Shown here: in pieces, positions 9,988 to 19,975 of the stretch
How the letters are laid out: every line of letters begins with the position of its first letter
Numbering within the stretch: position 1 is the first letter of the stretch
Assembly (NCBI GenBank): GCA_018606645.1
Contig: JAGVRI010000005.1
Span: 50,629 to 114,628, forward strand
Length of the DNA: 64,000 bases
Direction of reading: 5' to 3'
Source: Chloroflexota bacterium
GTDB lineage: Bacteria > Chloroflexota > Anaerolineae > JAAYZQ01
Notes under the pieces: model-generated
Told to the model about the DNA's origin: nothing
The model's input: only the letters and a program-made list of their open reading frames with translations
Databases searched by the model: none
Program-made: the position numbers and the translations under genes

Positions 9988-10575
9988 TCAGTTCCCTGCC
10001 AGAGGTTCTACTTCCATGATCACATGGTCCATTCGGACTGTCTGTCCCACAGCCGCCCGGATTTTCTTAACAATCCCCTCCCGGGGTGCCCGGATCACAT
10101 TCCGGGTCTTCATCGCTTCCAGGATGGCTACCCCGTCACCCGCTTTGACATTTTGGCCTTCTTGGACCAGGAATTCGACCAGCACCCCGGTCATAGGGCT
10201 GGTCACGGCACCAGCGCCGGCCTCCTCACGGCCTGGAACTCTGGGCCCGCCGAGAGTTGTCGCCGATATGGCCCGATCCTCTGGACGCCGTCGGTCCTCC
10301 CGCCTCAGCCCTTGCGGAATCCGCTCGCCGCTCACCCGGACCTCGTACCGATTCCCCTCGACGATCACCGTGTAGCCGTCTTCCCCAGGCTCCACCAGGA
10401 CCTCGTACGACCTGGGGCCGATCAACAACGAGAACAAGGATTCGCCAATGCGCTCCAGATGGGCGTCCCGTGGCTGATCGTTCACCATCACTCGGCCGTT
10501 TTGCTCGATGCGGATTCGATATTCCTCTCCGGCAAGAGTTGTAACATAGTTCACCGATCTCACGTCTCCTGTCAT
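9988..10575 (-). CDS. Biotin carboxyl carrier protein with N-terminal beta domain
   Basis: SPMTG...VKAGD..AILEAMK biotinyl domain; start uncertain (10602, 10575 or a downstream GTG). Confidence 0.85.
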   Translation of the reverse strand: MTGDVRSVNYVTTLAGEEYRIRIEQNGRVMVNDQPRDAHLERIGESLFSLLIGPRSYEVLVEPGEDGYTVIVEGNRYEVRVSGERIPQGLRREDRRRPEDRAISATTLGGPRVPGREEAGAGAVTSPMTGVLVEFLVQEGQNVKAGDGVAILEAMKTRNVIRAPREGIVKKIRAAVGQTVRMDHVIMEVEPLAGN

Positions 10576-10611
10576 GTCTCTCACCCCATGGCTGCGGTCC
10601 ACTTCTCATCA

Positions 10612-13600
10612 CTAACCGGGGATGATCCCACAGCGTCGTTCAATTCTCTTGGCCTCTCTGAGGCTGTAGAATTCGAGGCGGGCAATTAACTCATCCCGCA
10701 GTTGGGTGGCCGGAATGATCGCCTCAAAGAAGAACTCGCTGGCCATTGCGTAGGGATCGATATTGTCCTCATACTCGTCTTGCTTCGCCTGAATGAACGC
10801 CGGACGCTCCTCGGGCGGCAATTCCATGATCTTGTTATAGTAAATGGCGTTGATGGCTGCGGCTGGCCCCATGAGGGCCGGCTTGGCCGTGGGCAGAGCA
10901 ATGACCGCATCGGGGTTAATGGGAGCGCCAGACATGGCCAGGTATCCGCCTCCATAGGCCTTGCGCACGATGACACAGATGCGGGGCACCGTGGATTCCG
11001 AGACGGCGTAGAGGAATTTGGCGCCGTGGCGGATAATACCCTGTCGCTCCACCTGAGTGCCGATCATAAAGCCGGCAATATCATTCAGGAACAGCAGCGG
11101 GATGTTGAAGGCGTTGCAGATCCAGATAAAACGGGCGGCCTTGTCGGCCGAATCGGGAAAGATGACCCCCGCTTTGATCAACGACTGATTGGCGAGGATG
11201 CCCACCGAACGACCTCCCAGCCGGGCCAACCCGGTGATCATCTCCGGCGCAAACAGCTTCTTGTACTCCCACCAACTGCCTTCGTCAATGATCGCCTCAA
11301 TGAACTCATACATGTCAAACGGGATGCTCTCCCGGCTGGGGACGATCTCTTCGATCGGCCGGCCGGGCGCCGGGTCCCGGGGTTCGACCATCGGCGGCTT
11401 CTCCCGCCAGTTTTGGGGAAAATAGGAGAGGTATTTGAGGGCCGCATCCATCGCTTCCTTGTCATCAGCGACGAGCATGTCCCCCAGCCCGCTGACCTCG
11501 CAGTGCATCCGCGCGCCGCCCATCTCCTCCATCGTCACCTTTTCGCCGATGGCCATTTCGGCCATGCGCGGCGATCCCATATACACCGTGGCATTCTTGT
11601 CCACCATGATGGTCACGTCGCACAGCGCCGGAACATACGCCGATCCAGCGGGGGAGGGACCAAAGAGGATGCAGATCTGAGGGATGCGTCCGGAGAAGAT
11701 GATCTGGTTATAGAAGATATTGCCCCACGCATCCCGTCCTGCGTAGCAGTGGTGCTGGTCGTCAATGCGTGCTCCGGCGGAATCAATGAGATAGAGCAAC
11801 GGGATGCCCAGTTCGTCCGCCTTGCGCTGCATATAGGTCATCTTCTTGTAGCCAATCCGTCCCCAGGTCCCTGCCTTGACCGTCATGTCGTTGGCGATAA
11901 TGGCTACCTTCCGCCCCTCGATGGTGCCCAGACCGACGATCATTGCGTCGGCCGGCAGTCCCTCAGCGTAGCGGGCGAACAGCCCATCCTCTACAAAGGA
12001 GCCAGGATCCAACATGTATTCAATACGGTCCCGCACAAACATCTTGTTCTGTTCCGCGAGTTGTTTGTGGTACTTTTCCGGGCCGCCTTTATAGAGCGTC
12101 TCCATCCGCTGCAGAAGCTCCAGATGCTGAGGCGGTGGATTTTGGGATTGAGTCAGCGGCTTTTTTCTCGGCTCGGGACGCTCCTGGGGTTGGGCGGGCT
12201 GGATCTTTTCCATCCGTTCACCCTTCCTTTCACCGGCGGGGGATGGACCGGCCAGAACTTGTTGATGATGGACCAGCGTGGCAGTGAGAGCTGCGACTTC
12301 TTCCAGTTCTTTGCTTTCTACTCGGCTCAGCACAAAACTATCAAGAAACGAGGTATCATATACCCCTTGGACAAAGGACGGGGTCTCCATCACCTGCTGG
12401 TGGAACGGGATCGAGGTGGGGATGCCGACGATGACATATTCCCGCAACGCCCGACGCATCCGTCGGATGGCCTCCTCACGGCTATCTCCCCAGGCAATCA
12501 GCTTGGCCAGCAACGAGTCATAGTGGGGAGACACTTCGCAGCCCTCGTACAGGCCGCTGTCCACCCGAATTCCCGGACCACCGGGCTGGACCAAGGTCGT
12601 GATCCGGCCACTATGCGGAATGAAATCGTGAAAGGGGTCTTCGGCTGTGATCCGGCATTCGATGGCCCACCCCCGTGGCTGGATATCCGCTTGCTCGTAA
12701 CGCAACGGCTCCCCCGCCGCAATGCGGAGTTGTTCGACGACAATGTCCACCCCGGTCACACATTCTGTCACCGGGTGCTCTACCTGGAGCCGGGCGTTCA
12801 TCTCCAGGAAGTAGAAATTGCCCTCCTGATCCAGCAAGAACTCGACGGTCCCGGCGTTGACATACCCCGCGATCAATGCCGCACGCACCGCAATCTCTCC
12901 CATCCGGCTCCGTAGCTCGCTGTCTACGGTGGGGGAGGGGCATTCCTCGATCAGCTTCTGATGCCGTCGCTGGACCGAGCACTCCCGTTCCCCCAGGTAG
13001 ATGGCGTTGCCATGTCGGTCCACCAGAATCTGGACCTCGACATGATGGGGTTTCTGGATCGCTTTTTCCAGATAGACCCGGTCATCGCCAAAGGCGCTCA
13101 ATGCCTCGCCGCGAGCAGCGCCCAAGGTGCGGAGCAGCTCATCCTGGTTTTGAACCAGGCGCATGCCCCTGCCGCCTCCCCCGGCTGCGGCCTTGATAAA
13201 GAGCGGAAATCCGATACGATCGGCTTCGCTGACCAGTTCCTCATCACTCAGGTCTCGTTCCGTGCCGGGAACAATCGGCACTCCCGCCCGCTGCATGAGC
13301 TGCCGCGCCTTTACCTTGTCCCCCAGAGCGGCCATGGCCTGGGCGGGAGGGCCGATGAACACAATTCCTGCCTCCTCGCAGGCGGCAGCAAATTGGGGAT
13401 TCTCGGCCAGGAACCCATAGCCGGGATGAATGGCCTCCGCCCCGCTCTGGCGGGCGACCTCGATCAGCCGCTCGATGCGCAGATAACTCTCTCGAGCAGG
13501 GGCTGGACCGATATGGTAGCTCTCGTCGGCGTAACGGACGTGGAGCGCCGCCCGATCGGCGTCCGAATAGACCGCGACCGTCTGGACGCCCAACTCCCGG

Positions 13601-13674
13601 CAAGCCCGCATGACGCGGACCGCGATTTCACCCCGATTGGCAATCAGCACTTTTTTGAACATCCGATATCCCAT
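10612..13674 (-). CDS. Fused biotin carboxylase + acyl-CoA carboxyltransferase
   Basis: N-half: IANRGEIA, HPGYGFLAEN, ERECSVQRRHQK, EMNARLQVEH. C-half: DSAGARI, AGSAYVPA, GFMIG, RKAYGGGY. Confidence 0.93.
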   Translation of the reverse strand: MGYRMFKKVLIANRGEIAVRVMRACRELGVQTVAVYSDADRAALHVRYADESYHIGPAPARESYLRIERLIEVARQSGAEAIHPGYGFLAENPQFAAACEEAGIVFIGPPAQAMAALGDKVKARQLMQRAGVPIVPGTERDLSDEELVSEADRIGFPLFIKAAAGGGGRGMRLVQNQDELLRTLGAARGEALSAFGDDRVYLEKAIQKPHHVEVQILVDRHGNAIYLGERECSVQRRHQKLIEECPSPTVDSELRSRMGEIAVRAALIAGYVNAGTVEFLLDQEGNFYFLEMNARLQVEHPVTECVTGVDIVVEQLRIAAGEPLRYEQADIQPRGWAIECRITAEDPFHDFIPHSGRITTLVQPGGPGIRVDSGLYEGCEVSPHYDSLLAKLIAWGDSREEAIRRMRRALREYVIVGIPTSIPFHQQVMETPSFVQGVYDTSFLDSFVLSRVESKELEEVAALTATLVHHQQVLAGPSPAGERKGERMEKIQPAQPQERPEPRKKPLTQSQNPPPQHLELLQRMETLYKGGPEKYHKQLAEQNKMFVRDRIEYMLDPGSFVEDGLFARYAEGLPADAMIVGLGTIEGRKVAIIANDMTVKAGTWGRIGYKKMTYMQRKADELGIPLLYLIDSAGARIDDQHHCYAGRDAWGNIFYNQIIFSGRIPQICILFGPSPAGSAYVPALCDVTIMVDKNATVYMGSPRMAEMAIGEKVTMEEMGGARMHCEVSGLGDMLVADDKEAMDAALKYLSYFPQNWREKPPMVEPRDPAPGRPIEEIVPSRESIPFDMYEFIEAIIDEGSWWEYKKLFAPEMITGLARLGGRSVGILANQSLIKAGVIFPDSADKAARFIWICNAFNIPLLFLNDIAGFMIGTQVERQGIIRHGAKFLYAVSESTVPRICVIVRKAYGGGYLAMSGAPINPDAVIALPTAKPALMGPAAAINAIYYNKIMELPPEERPAFIQAKQDEYEDNIDPYAMASEFFFEAIIPATQLRDELIARLEFYSLREAKRIERRCGIIPG

Positions 13675-13685
13675 CGTAAAAGAGT

Positions 13686-14012
13686 CTATCCCTCATCAGG
13701 GACAGGAATTTCCATACGCAACAGGGCGGTGGACATGGACTTGCCTGTCTGGTCGAAAAGCAAGGTGCGGGTGGCTCCCCCTCCCAAGGCATTGCGCAAC
13801 ACGATCTCCAGAGCATGGACCTTGGGGAGCGGATAGATCTCCACCGCCCCTTTCACCATATCGCCAAAATGGGCCTTGATCCGTTCGGGCGTCACCTCGC
13901 GGCGGATCAGTTCATACGCCTTCTCATCAAAGGCAAGCAAGCCGATGTTGCACACGTCCCCCTTGTCTCCAGAACGTGCATACGCCAGTTCACGAAGTTG
14001 TTTGGTGGCCAT
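13686..14012 (-). CDS. AtuA C-terminal-like small protein
   Basis: LAYARSGDKGDVCNIG...ALGGG...DQTGKS, typical of the AtuA C-terminal module. Confidence 0.8.
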   Translation of the reverse strand: MATKQLRELAYARSGDKGDVCNIGLLAFDEKAYELIRREVTPERIKAHFGDMVKGAVEIYPLPKVHALEIVLRNALGGGATRTLLFDQTGKSMSTALLRMEIPVPDEG

Positions 14013-14024
14013 TGATGTCGCTCC

Positions 14025-14465
14025 TTAATTGGCAGGTCGCTTACTCATCCATAGCTTGTAGATGCACACGACCACCGGTTGGCCGTGTTGATTGACGATC
14101 CGGTAGTCGAATCCGACAACGCCGGTGCCATCCTCCCGCTCTTTCTTTTCCACTGCCTCCATCTCCAGGTGCACCGTATCGCCGATAAAGACAGGCGCGA
14201 TGAACCGCACCCGATCCAGACCGTACAGAGCCAGGACTGTTTCCCGTTTGGCCGGTACCAGCCCGGTGGAGATGGACAGCACCAGCGCACCATGAGCGAT
14301 CCGCCGCCCGAAGGAGGTCTGAGCGGCGTACTCCTGGTCCGTATGGATCGAGTGCCAGTCGCCGCTGAGATAGGCAAAGTTCACCACATCCGCTTCGGTG
14401 ATGGTCCGTCCTTTTGTCACCCACTTCTGGCCGATCTCAATCTCGTCAAAGTATCGGTCTGGCAT
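14025..14465 (-). CDS. MaoC-family (R)-specific enoyl-CoA hydratase/dehydratase
   Basis: FAYLSGDWHSIHTD...RIAHG...RFIAPVFIGD hotdog motifs. Confidence 0.9.
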   Translation of the reverse strand: MPDRYFDEIEIGQKWVTKGRTITEADVVNFAYLSGDWHSIHTDQEYAAQTSFGRRIAHGALVLSISTGLVPAKRETVLALYGLDRVRFIAPVFIGDTVHLEMEAVEKKEREDGTGVVGFDYRIVNQHGQPVVVCIYKLWMSKRPAN

Positions 14466-14474
14466 GATTGCCTC

Positions 14475-15257
14475 CTATCCCCAGTTTGGTTTGCGCTTGT
14501 TGAGAAATGCATCCACCCCTTCGGCCACATCATCGCCCAGCATATAGACCACCCGGATGTTGCGCGCGAATTCGAGCGCTTCGTCATAGCCCATATCCGC
14601 CGTGGCGTAAAAGAGCCGCTTGCCCAACGCGATCGCAGCCGGCCCTTTTTCGGCCAGACTGGTTGCCAGTTCCATCGCCTCGTTCGACAGCGCATCGCGG
14701 GGCACCACCCGATTCACCAGACCGATCCGCAAGGCCTCTTCGGCATCGAGGATTCGGCCGGTCAAGGCCATCTCTAACGCCATCCGCTCGCCAACCACAC
14801 GGCGGAGCGCCGGCAAGATGATCATCGGAAAGAGGCCGATCCGGATCTCGGTGGTGCCCAACTTTGCATCATCGGCGGCAATGGCCATGTCACACAGGGC
14901 GACCAGACCGCACCCTCCGGCCAGGGCATACCCCTGCACCGCAGCGATGACCGGCGCGCGCATCGCCGGCACCAGGCGAAACAGCTCGATCCACGGTTCG
15001 GCGGCCTGCCAGTGGTCAAAGGCCGGAAGTTTCAGTTCCTCAGCAAACTCTTTCAGGTCTCCACCGGCTGAAAAATGGTCCCCTGCCCCCGAGATGACCA
15101 CGGCGCGCACCTCAGGGTCGGCATCTACGCCCCGCAGCGTCGAGGTCAGGGCATGGACCATCGCATAGTTCATCGCGTTCCGCTTTTCCGGGTGGCAAAG
15201 GGTCAAGCGTACGACGCGGCCGATCCTTTCCTGAAGGACCAGAGATTCTCCGCTCAT
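14475..15257 (-). CDS. Enoyl-CoA hydratase/isomerase (crotonase)
   Basis: PEKRNAM, FSAGGDL, ALAGGCGL, TEIRIGLFP; start trimmed to MSGESL. Confidence 0.9.
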   Translation of the reverse strand: MSGESLVLQERIGRVVRLTLCHPEKRNAMNYAMVHALTSTLRGVDADPEVRAVVISGAGDHFSAGGDLKEFAEELKLPAFDHWQAAEPWIELFRLVPAMRAPVIAAVQGYALAGGCGLVALCDMAIAADDAKLGTTEIRIGLFPMIILPALRRVVGERMALEMALTGRILDAEEALRIGLVNRVVPRDALSNEAMELATSLAEKGPAAIALGKRLFYATADMGYDEALEFARNIRVVYMLGDDVAEGVDAFLNKRKPNWG

Positions 15258-15259
15258 GA

Positions 15260-16624
15260 TTACACTTCTTCCACCACTACCTTGATCTGGATGGCATCGC
15301 GGGGGATGAGCGTCGGCCACAGAGAGATCACCGGACGCACCGGGAACGGGACGCCGAACGCGGTGCCAATCCCTCCCAAGGTCCATAGGTGGGTGGCCTC
15401 TCGGCGAACCAGGTCGGCCTCCTCAGGAGTGCGGAGCTTGGCGGCGATGCGCAGTCCGACTTCGTTCAGTTCCCCCGTAGGCCGGGGAGCGGTCCGTCCG
15501 TGCAAGGCATTCACGCCGACATAATCAAAGCGGATCTCGATCGGCTCCACTTTGATCCGGTGCTTCAGCCGCATGCGCACAATCTCTTCCGCCCGCTGTG
15601 CTTTTTCCAGCGCGTCGGGCCAGGAGAAGAGAAGGAGCCCCTCGGCGATATAGCCATCCCGATACCCGATGCAGAGCTTCAAGGTATCAGGTCGGGGCTT
15701 CCCCCGAAAGCCTTTCACCCGGACTCGGTTCTCACCCACCTCTTCCACCGTAACGTCACTCAGATCGGCGATGCCGTCCGGCATGTAGTAGTTGTACGGA
15801 TCGAGGACTTCGTACAACAGTTGTTCTTTGACGGTCCACTGATTGACGATCCCGCCGGTATCCGGCGCCTTGGTAATGATCGCCTCCGGGACCTCGTTCA
15901 CCTCGGCAATGGGGAAGCCGATCTTCCAGGCATCCTTCGCCTCGCGCCACTGGTTCGACCCTCCCCCCGTGCAAAAGCAGGCACATTCCAGGAGATGGCC
16001 GATGACGATGCCTCCCCCGATCTTGTCCCAGTAGCCATCTTCAAAGCGCCAGCCAAATTCGTGCATCAACGCCGCCACAAAAGGCGCACCATCGGAGATG
16101 CGGCCGGCGATGATATACTTGGCCCCGGATTGCAGCGCCTCCAGAATGCCGTCCGACCCGATGTAGGCGTTGGCTGCCACAATGTCCTGGCGGATGCGAT
16201 CGAGCCCTTCTTCCCCTGTATCCATGTTGACAAAGGGCACCCCCTCAGCCGCTAACCGGTCCAACTGGTCGAACACGTCATCGCCGCTGATGGTCGCCAC
16301 CTTCAGCCCCTTGAACCCCATCTTGCGGGCCAATTCAATGACCTGACGGCCTCCTTCCTCCGGATTGGCTCCCCCGGCATTGGTGATCATGGTGATGCCC
16401 TTCTCATAGGTAATGGGCAACAACGCTTCTGTCCAGGGGATCAGGTCGGGGATATAGCCATGTTTGGGGTTCTTGCTCTTGTAGCGCTGCAGAATGGCCA
16501 GTGTCAACTCGGCCAGGTGGTCCAGGCCAAGATAGTCAATGTCCCCTTTGGCCGCCACATCGATGGCCGGATCGAGCATGTCGCCCCAGTAGGCCGAACC
16601 ATTTCCTAAACGTACGGTCTTCAT
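15260..16624 (-). CDS. Acyclic terpene utilization AtuA family protein (DUF1446)
   Basis: GNGSAYWGD, DHLAELT, TNAGGANP, ANAYIG, GRISD, GHLLEC, EQLLYE. Confidence 0.88.
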   Translation of the reverse strand: MKTVRLGNGSAYWGDMLDPAIDVAAKGDIDYLGLDHLAELTLAILQRYKSKNPKHGYIPDLIPWTEALLPITYEKGITMITNAGGANPEEGGRQVIELARKMGFKGLKVATISGDDVFDQLDRLAAEGVPFVNMDTGEEGLDRIRQDIVAANAYIGSDGILEALQSGAKYIIAGRISDGAPFVAALMHEFGWRFEDGYWDKIGGGIVIGHLLECACFCTGGGSNQWREAKDAWKIGFPIAEVNEVPEAIITKAPDTGGIVNQWTVKEQLLYEVLDPYNYYMPDGIADLSDVTVEEVGENRVRVKGFRGKPRPDTLKLCIGYRDGYIAEGLLLFSWPDALEKAQRAEEIVRMRLKHRIKVEPIEIRFDYVGVNALHGRTAPRPTGELNEVGLRIAAKLRTPEEADLVRREATHLWTLGGIGTAFGVPFPVRPVISLWPTLIPRDAIQIKVVVEEV

Positions 16625-16666
16625 CCACCTCTCCTCAGATACGATGATCTAGGTCCTTTGCGTGTA

Positions 16667-17860
16667 TCAAGCGTCCACATGTACGATGGTTGCTTCCCCT
16701 TCGCCGATGCCGCCGCAGATGGCCACCAATCCCCATCCCCCGCCTCGCTTGTGCAAGGCATAGATTAGAGTCATAACCAGGCGCGCTGCGGTAGCCCCGG
16801 TCGGGTGACCGATGGCAATGGCGCCGCCGTTGACGTTGGTCTTGTCCCGAATGGCGGCCACCTTGGCCGGGTCCCCATCGCCCAGGATATAGGTAGACAC
16901 CAGCGGCATAGCAGCAAAGGCTTCATTGATCTCGATCAGGTCCATCTGATCAATGGTCATGCCGACCTGTTTCAAGGCCTTCTGGGCGGCGACCGCCGGA
17001 ATGCTGGCTAGCTTGTCCGGGTGTCCCGCCGCCATCGCCCAGGTTTTGATCGTGGCCAGCGGTTTGATGCCCCGTCGTTCGGCTTCGCCCCGGGTGGCGA
17101 GGACAAGCGCCGCAGCGCCGGTGTTCAGCCCCGGCGCATTGCCGGCCGTCACGGTCGGGCTCCCATACACCGTGGGAAGCTTGGCCAGCTTTTCCAGGGA
17201 GGTATCGGGGCGCACGCTTTCATCTTTGTCAAAAAGGATCGGCGGACCCTTGCGCTGCGGGACCTCGACCGGCATGATCTCGGACTGGAAAAAGCCCGCT
17301 TCCTGAGCAGCCAGACAGCGTTGATGGCTGCGCAGCGCCCAGAGGTCCTGCTCCTCCCGGCCAATGTTGTAGGCCACGGCCTCTTCACCGGCCTGCACGG
17401 CTCGGGCTTTGCCGGTGTACGGACAACTGATCACCAGTTGATCTTTGAGCACAATATCGCCCAATCGGTTCCCCCACCGCGCCGCGTGCAGGAAATAGGG
17501 CACCAGGCTCATGTTTTCGGTGCCGCCCGCGACGACCACTTGAGCGTCGCCAAGACGCAGAGACCGGGAAACCACGTTGATGGCAGTCAAGGATGAGCAA
17601 CATGCTCGATCGACGGTAAAGGCCAACGCCGTATCCGGCAGGCCGGCGCGCAGCGCCACCTGTCGGGCAATGGAGCGGTCAGAACCGGGCAAATTGACCC
17701 CCATTGCCAGCTCATCCACCTCTTCTGGCCGAATGTTGGCGCGGCGCAGGGCCTCCGCCACCACCATACCGCCCAGCTCTGGAAGCGTAAAATCTTTGAG
17801 GGTCCCCCCAAAGGCGCCAAAGGGAGTGCGAACCGCAGACAATACCACCACCTCGTTCAT
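16667..17860 (-). CDS. Thiolase
   Basis: VRTPFG, DRACCSS, NEAFAA, GHPTGA, AICGG. Confidence 0.92.
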   Translation of the reverse strand: MNEVVVLSAVRTPFGAFGGTLKDFTLPELGGMVVAEALRRANIRPEEVDELAMGVNLPGSDRSIARQVALRAGLPDTALAFTVDRACCSSLTAINVVSRSLRLGDAQVVVAGGTENMSLVPYFLHAARWGNRLGDIVLKDQLVISCPYTGKARAVQAGEEAVAYNIGREEQDLWALRSHQRCLAAQEAGFFQSEIMPVEVPQRKGPPILFDKDESVRPDTSLEKLAKLPTVYGSPTVTAGNAPGLNTGAAALVLATRGEAERRGIKPLATIKTWAMAAGHPDKLASIPAVAAQKALKQVGMTIDQMDLIEINEAFAAMPLVSTYILGDGDPAKVAAIRDKTNVNGGAIAIGHPTGATAARLVMTLIYALHKRGGGWGLVAICGGIGEGEATIVHVDA

Positions 17861-17905
17861 ACGATCCTCCTATATCTCAGTCGCGTAGCATTGGCCCAGT
17901 CCAGC

Positions 17906-19138
17906 TTAGAGCACCCCAGCTTGCCTGAGGTCCTGGATCTGGGCCGGCGTGTAGCCCAATAGTTCCTGCAGAATTTCCTCCGTATGCTCCCCTAGACGTG
18001 GGGCAGGCCGGGCAATGGCCGTCATCTGGTTGGACATTTTGATCGGCGGACCCACCAGTTCCACCCGTCCGGCCACCGGATCATCCACTGCGACGAACGC
18101 CCGGCGCGCCCGGGCATGGGGGCATTCAAAAATCTCTTTTGCATTCTGAACTGGCCCCACGGGTAGCCCATGCTTCAGTAACCTGTCCACAACCTCCTGG
18201 GTCGTGTGGCTGGCAAACCAGCCCTCGACGATCGGCTTCAGAAACCCCTCCCGCATGTTCCTGGCCCGAGCTGGACCGGAATCGGTCTCACCCTCGATCC
18301 CGATGAGATCGGGACGTTCGATGGCTTCGCAGAAACGAGCCCAATCTCGTTCGGTGGGCACGACGATCGCGATCCAGCCATCCTGCGTCTGGAATGGACC
18401 CCACGGGGCGATGAACGGCTCCACCCCTCGCTCCAGGACCCGGCCGGTCAGAGAATAGGCAGTAAGCGATCGTTCAGCCAGTGAGAGGATGGCATCGTAC
18501 ATCGATACATCGATATATTGTCCCTTGCCGGTCTTGGTGCGCTCATACAGGGCAAACATGATGCCCTGCACCGCCAGTGCCCCTGAATAGAGGTCGCCCA
18601 GGGCAATCCCCAGCCAGGTGGGAGGACCACCGGCCTGGCCACAAGTGTACATCAACCCGCCCATGGCCTGGGCCACAATGTCATACGAGGGCCGGTCGGC
18701 ATAGATCCCTCTTAACTCTGGCATCGTGCCAAAACCACTGATGGAAACGTAGATCAACCCTGGGTTCAGGGGGGCCAGATCGCGATACCCTAACCCCAGT
18801 TTATCGGTCGCGCCGGGGCGCAGGTTATCCACGACCACATCAGAATTCCGGACCAGTTCTTTGTAAATCTCCTTGCCCTTGGGATCCTCCAGATTCAGGG
18901 TGATGCTGCGCTTGTTGCGGTTGAAGCGCATGAAATAGCCGCTGACCCGCTCCCCTGCTTCATTCTTGATCATGGGAGCCCCCTCGCGGGCCGAATCGCC
19001 GGATTTCGGCCTCTCCACTTTGATCACATCGGCCCCGCGGTCGGCCAGAGTCATGGTGCAATACGGACCTGCGACCTGTACTTCGTTGGCAATCACACGA
19101 ATACCAGCTAGAGGACCTTTCTGCTCGGTGAATGTCAT
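17906..19138 (-). CDS. Family III CoA-transferase (CaiB/BaiF)
   Basis: AGPYCT..LADRGADVIKVE, NRNKRS, DNLRPG, catalytic GD in ALGDLYSG, APRLGEHT. Confidence 0.93.
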   Translation of the reverse strand: MTFTEQKGPLAGIRVIANEVQVAGPYCTMTLADRGADVIKVERPKSGDSAREGAPMIKNEAGERVSGYFMRFNRNKRSITLNLEDPKGKEIYKELVRNSDVVVDNLRPGATDKLGLGYRDLAPLNPGLIYVSISGFGTMPELRGIYADRPSYDIVAQAMGGLMYTCGQAGGPPTWLGIALGDLYSGALAVQGIMFALYERTKTGKGQYIDVSMYDAILSLAERSLTAYSLTGRVLERGVEPFIAPWGPFQTQDGWIAIVVPTERDWARFCEAIERPDLIGIEGETDSGPARARNMREGFLKPIVEGWFASHTTQEVVDRLLKHGLPVGPVQNAKEIFECPHARARRAFVAVDDPVAGRVELVGPPIKMSNQMTAIARPAPRLGEHTEEILQELLGYTPAQIQDLRQAGVL

Positions 19139-19198
19139 CTTTCCTCCTCATCGAGTGATGTGTTTACAAATCGATCTGATTCCAAACTGTCCTTTTCC

Positions 19199-19960
19199 CT
19201 ACATCGCCGTCAGACCGCCGTCCACCGGCAGCGTAACTCCGGTGATGTAGGAGGACTCATCGGAAGCCAGGAATAGCGCCGCACGGGCGATCTCCTCGGG
19301 CTCTGCGACCCGGCCCATCGGAATGCGTGCCACCAATTCCTGCATCTTTTTCTCTGGATCGGGCGCGTGGTTGATAAAGCCCAGAAACATCGGGGTGCGC
19401 ACTTCGCTGGGCGCGATCCCATTCACCCGAATGTTGTATCGGGCATAATCGATCGCCATCTGCCGCGTCAGGGCCACCACGCCCCCCTTGGCTGCACTAT
19501 AAGGCGCCTGATTGGGAGATGCGACCAGCCCGCACATCGAGGCCATGTTGATCACTGACCCGCCCCCGCCGTTGATCATATGTGGAATGGCGTACTTGGA
19601 CAGCAAAAAGACACCTTTTAAATCAATTTCCATCGTCTTATCCCATACCTCTTCGGTGGCGTCCACCACCGAGGCAGGGATGGTAACCGCTGCATTGTTG
19701 ACCAGGATATCGATCCGGCCATATGCGTCAACGGTTGTCTGCACCAGCCGCTGCATATCCTCTGCGTTGGAAACATCGCTTTCGACAAAGAGGGCTTCCC
19801 CGCCATGCTGTTGGATCATGCGGACTGTCTCCTGCCCTCCCTCCGGAGCATAGTCAGCCACGACCACTCGGGCGCCCTCCTGGGCGAAGAGTAGGGCCGT
19901 GGCCCGGCCAATGCCGCTTCCTCCTCCGGTGACAATGGCTACCTTTCCTGCCAGTCTCAT
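19199..19960 (-). CDS. SDR oxidoreductase
   Basis: TGGGSGIG, NNAA, YSAAK. Confidence 0.93.
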   Translation of the reverse strand: MRLAGKVAIVTGGGSGIGRATALLFAQEGARVVVADYAPEGGQETVRMIQQHGGEALFVESDVSNAEDMQRLVQTTVDAYGRIDILVNNAAVTIPASVVDATEEVWDKTMEIDLKGVFLLSKYAIPHMINGGGGSVINMASMCGLVASPNQAPYSAAKGGVVALTRQMAIDYARYNIRVNGIAPSEVRTPMFLGFINHAPDPEKKMQELVARIPMGRVAEPEEIARAALFLASDESSYITGVTLPVDGGLTAM

Positions 19961-19975
19961 CTTAACCTCTTCCGG

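Noticed and set aside
10702..12915. 737-aa plus-strand ORF, and similar long ones at 1225, 2684, 35439 and 47582
   Set aside because: Antisense shadows of well-supported genes in high-GC DNA; no recognisable motifs
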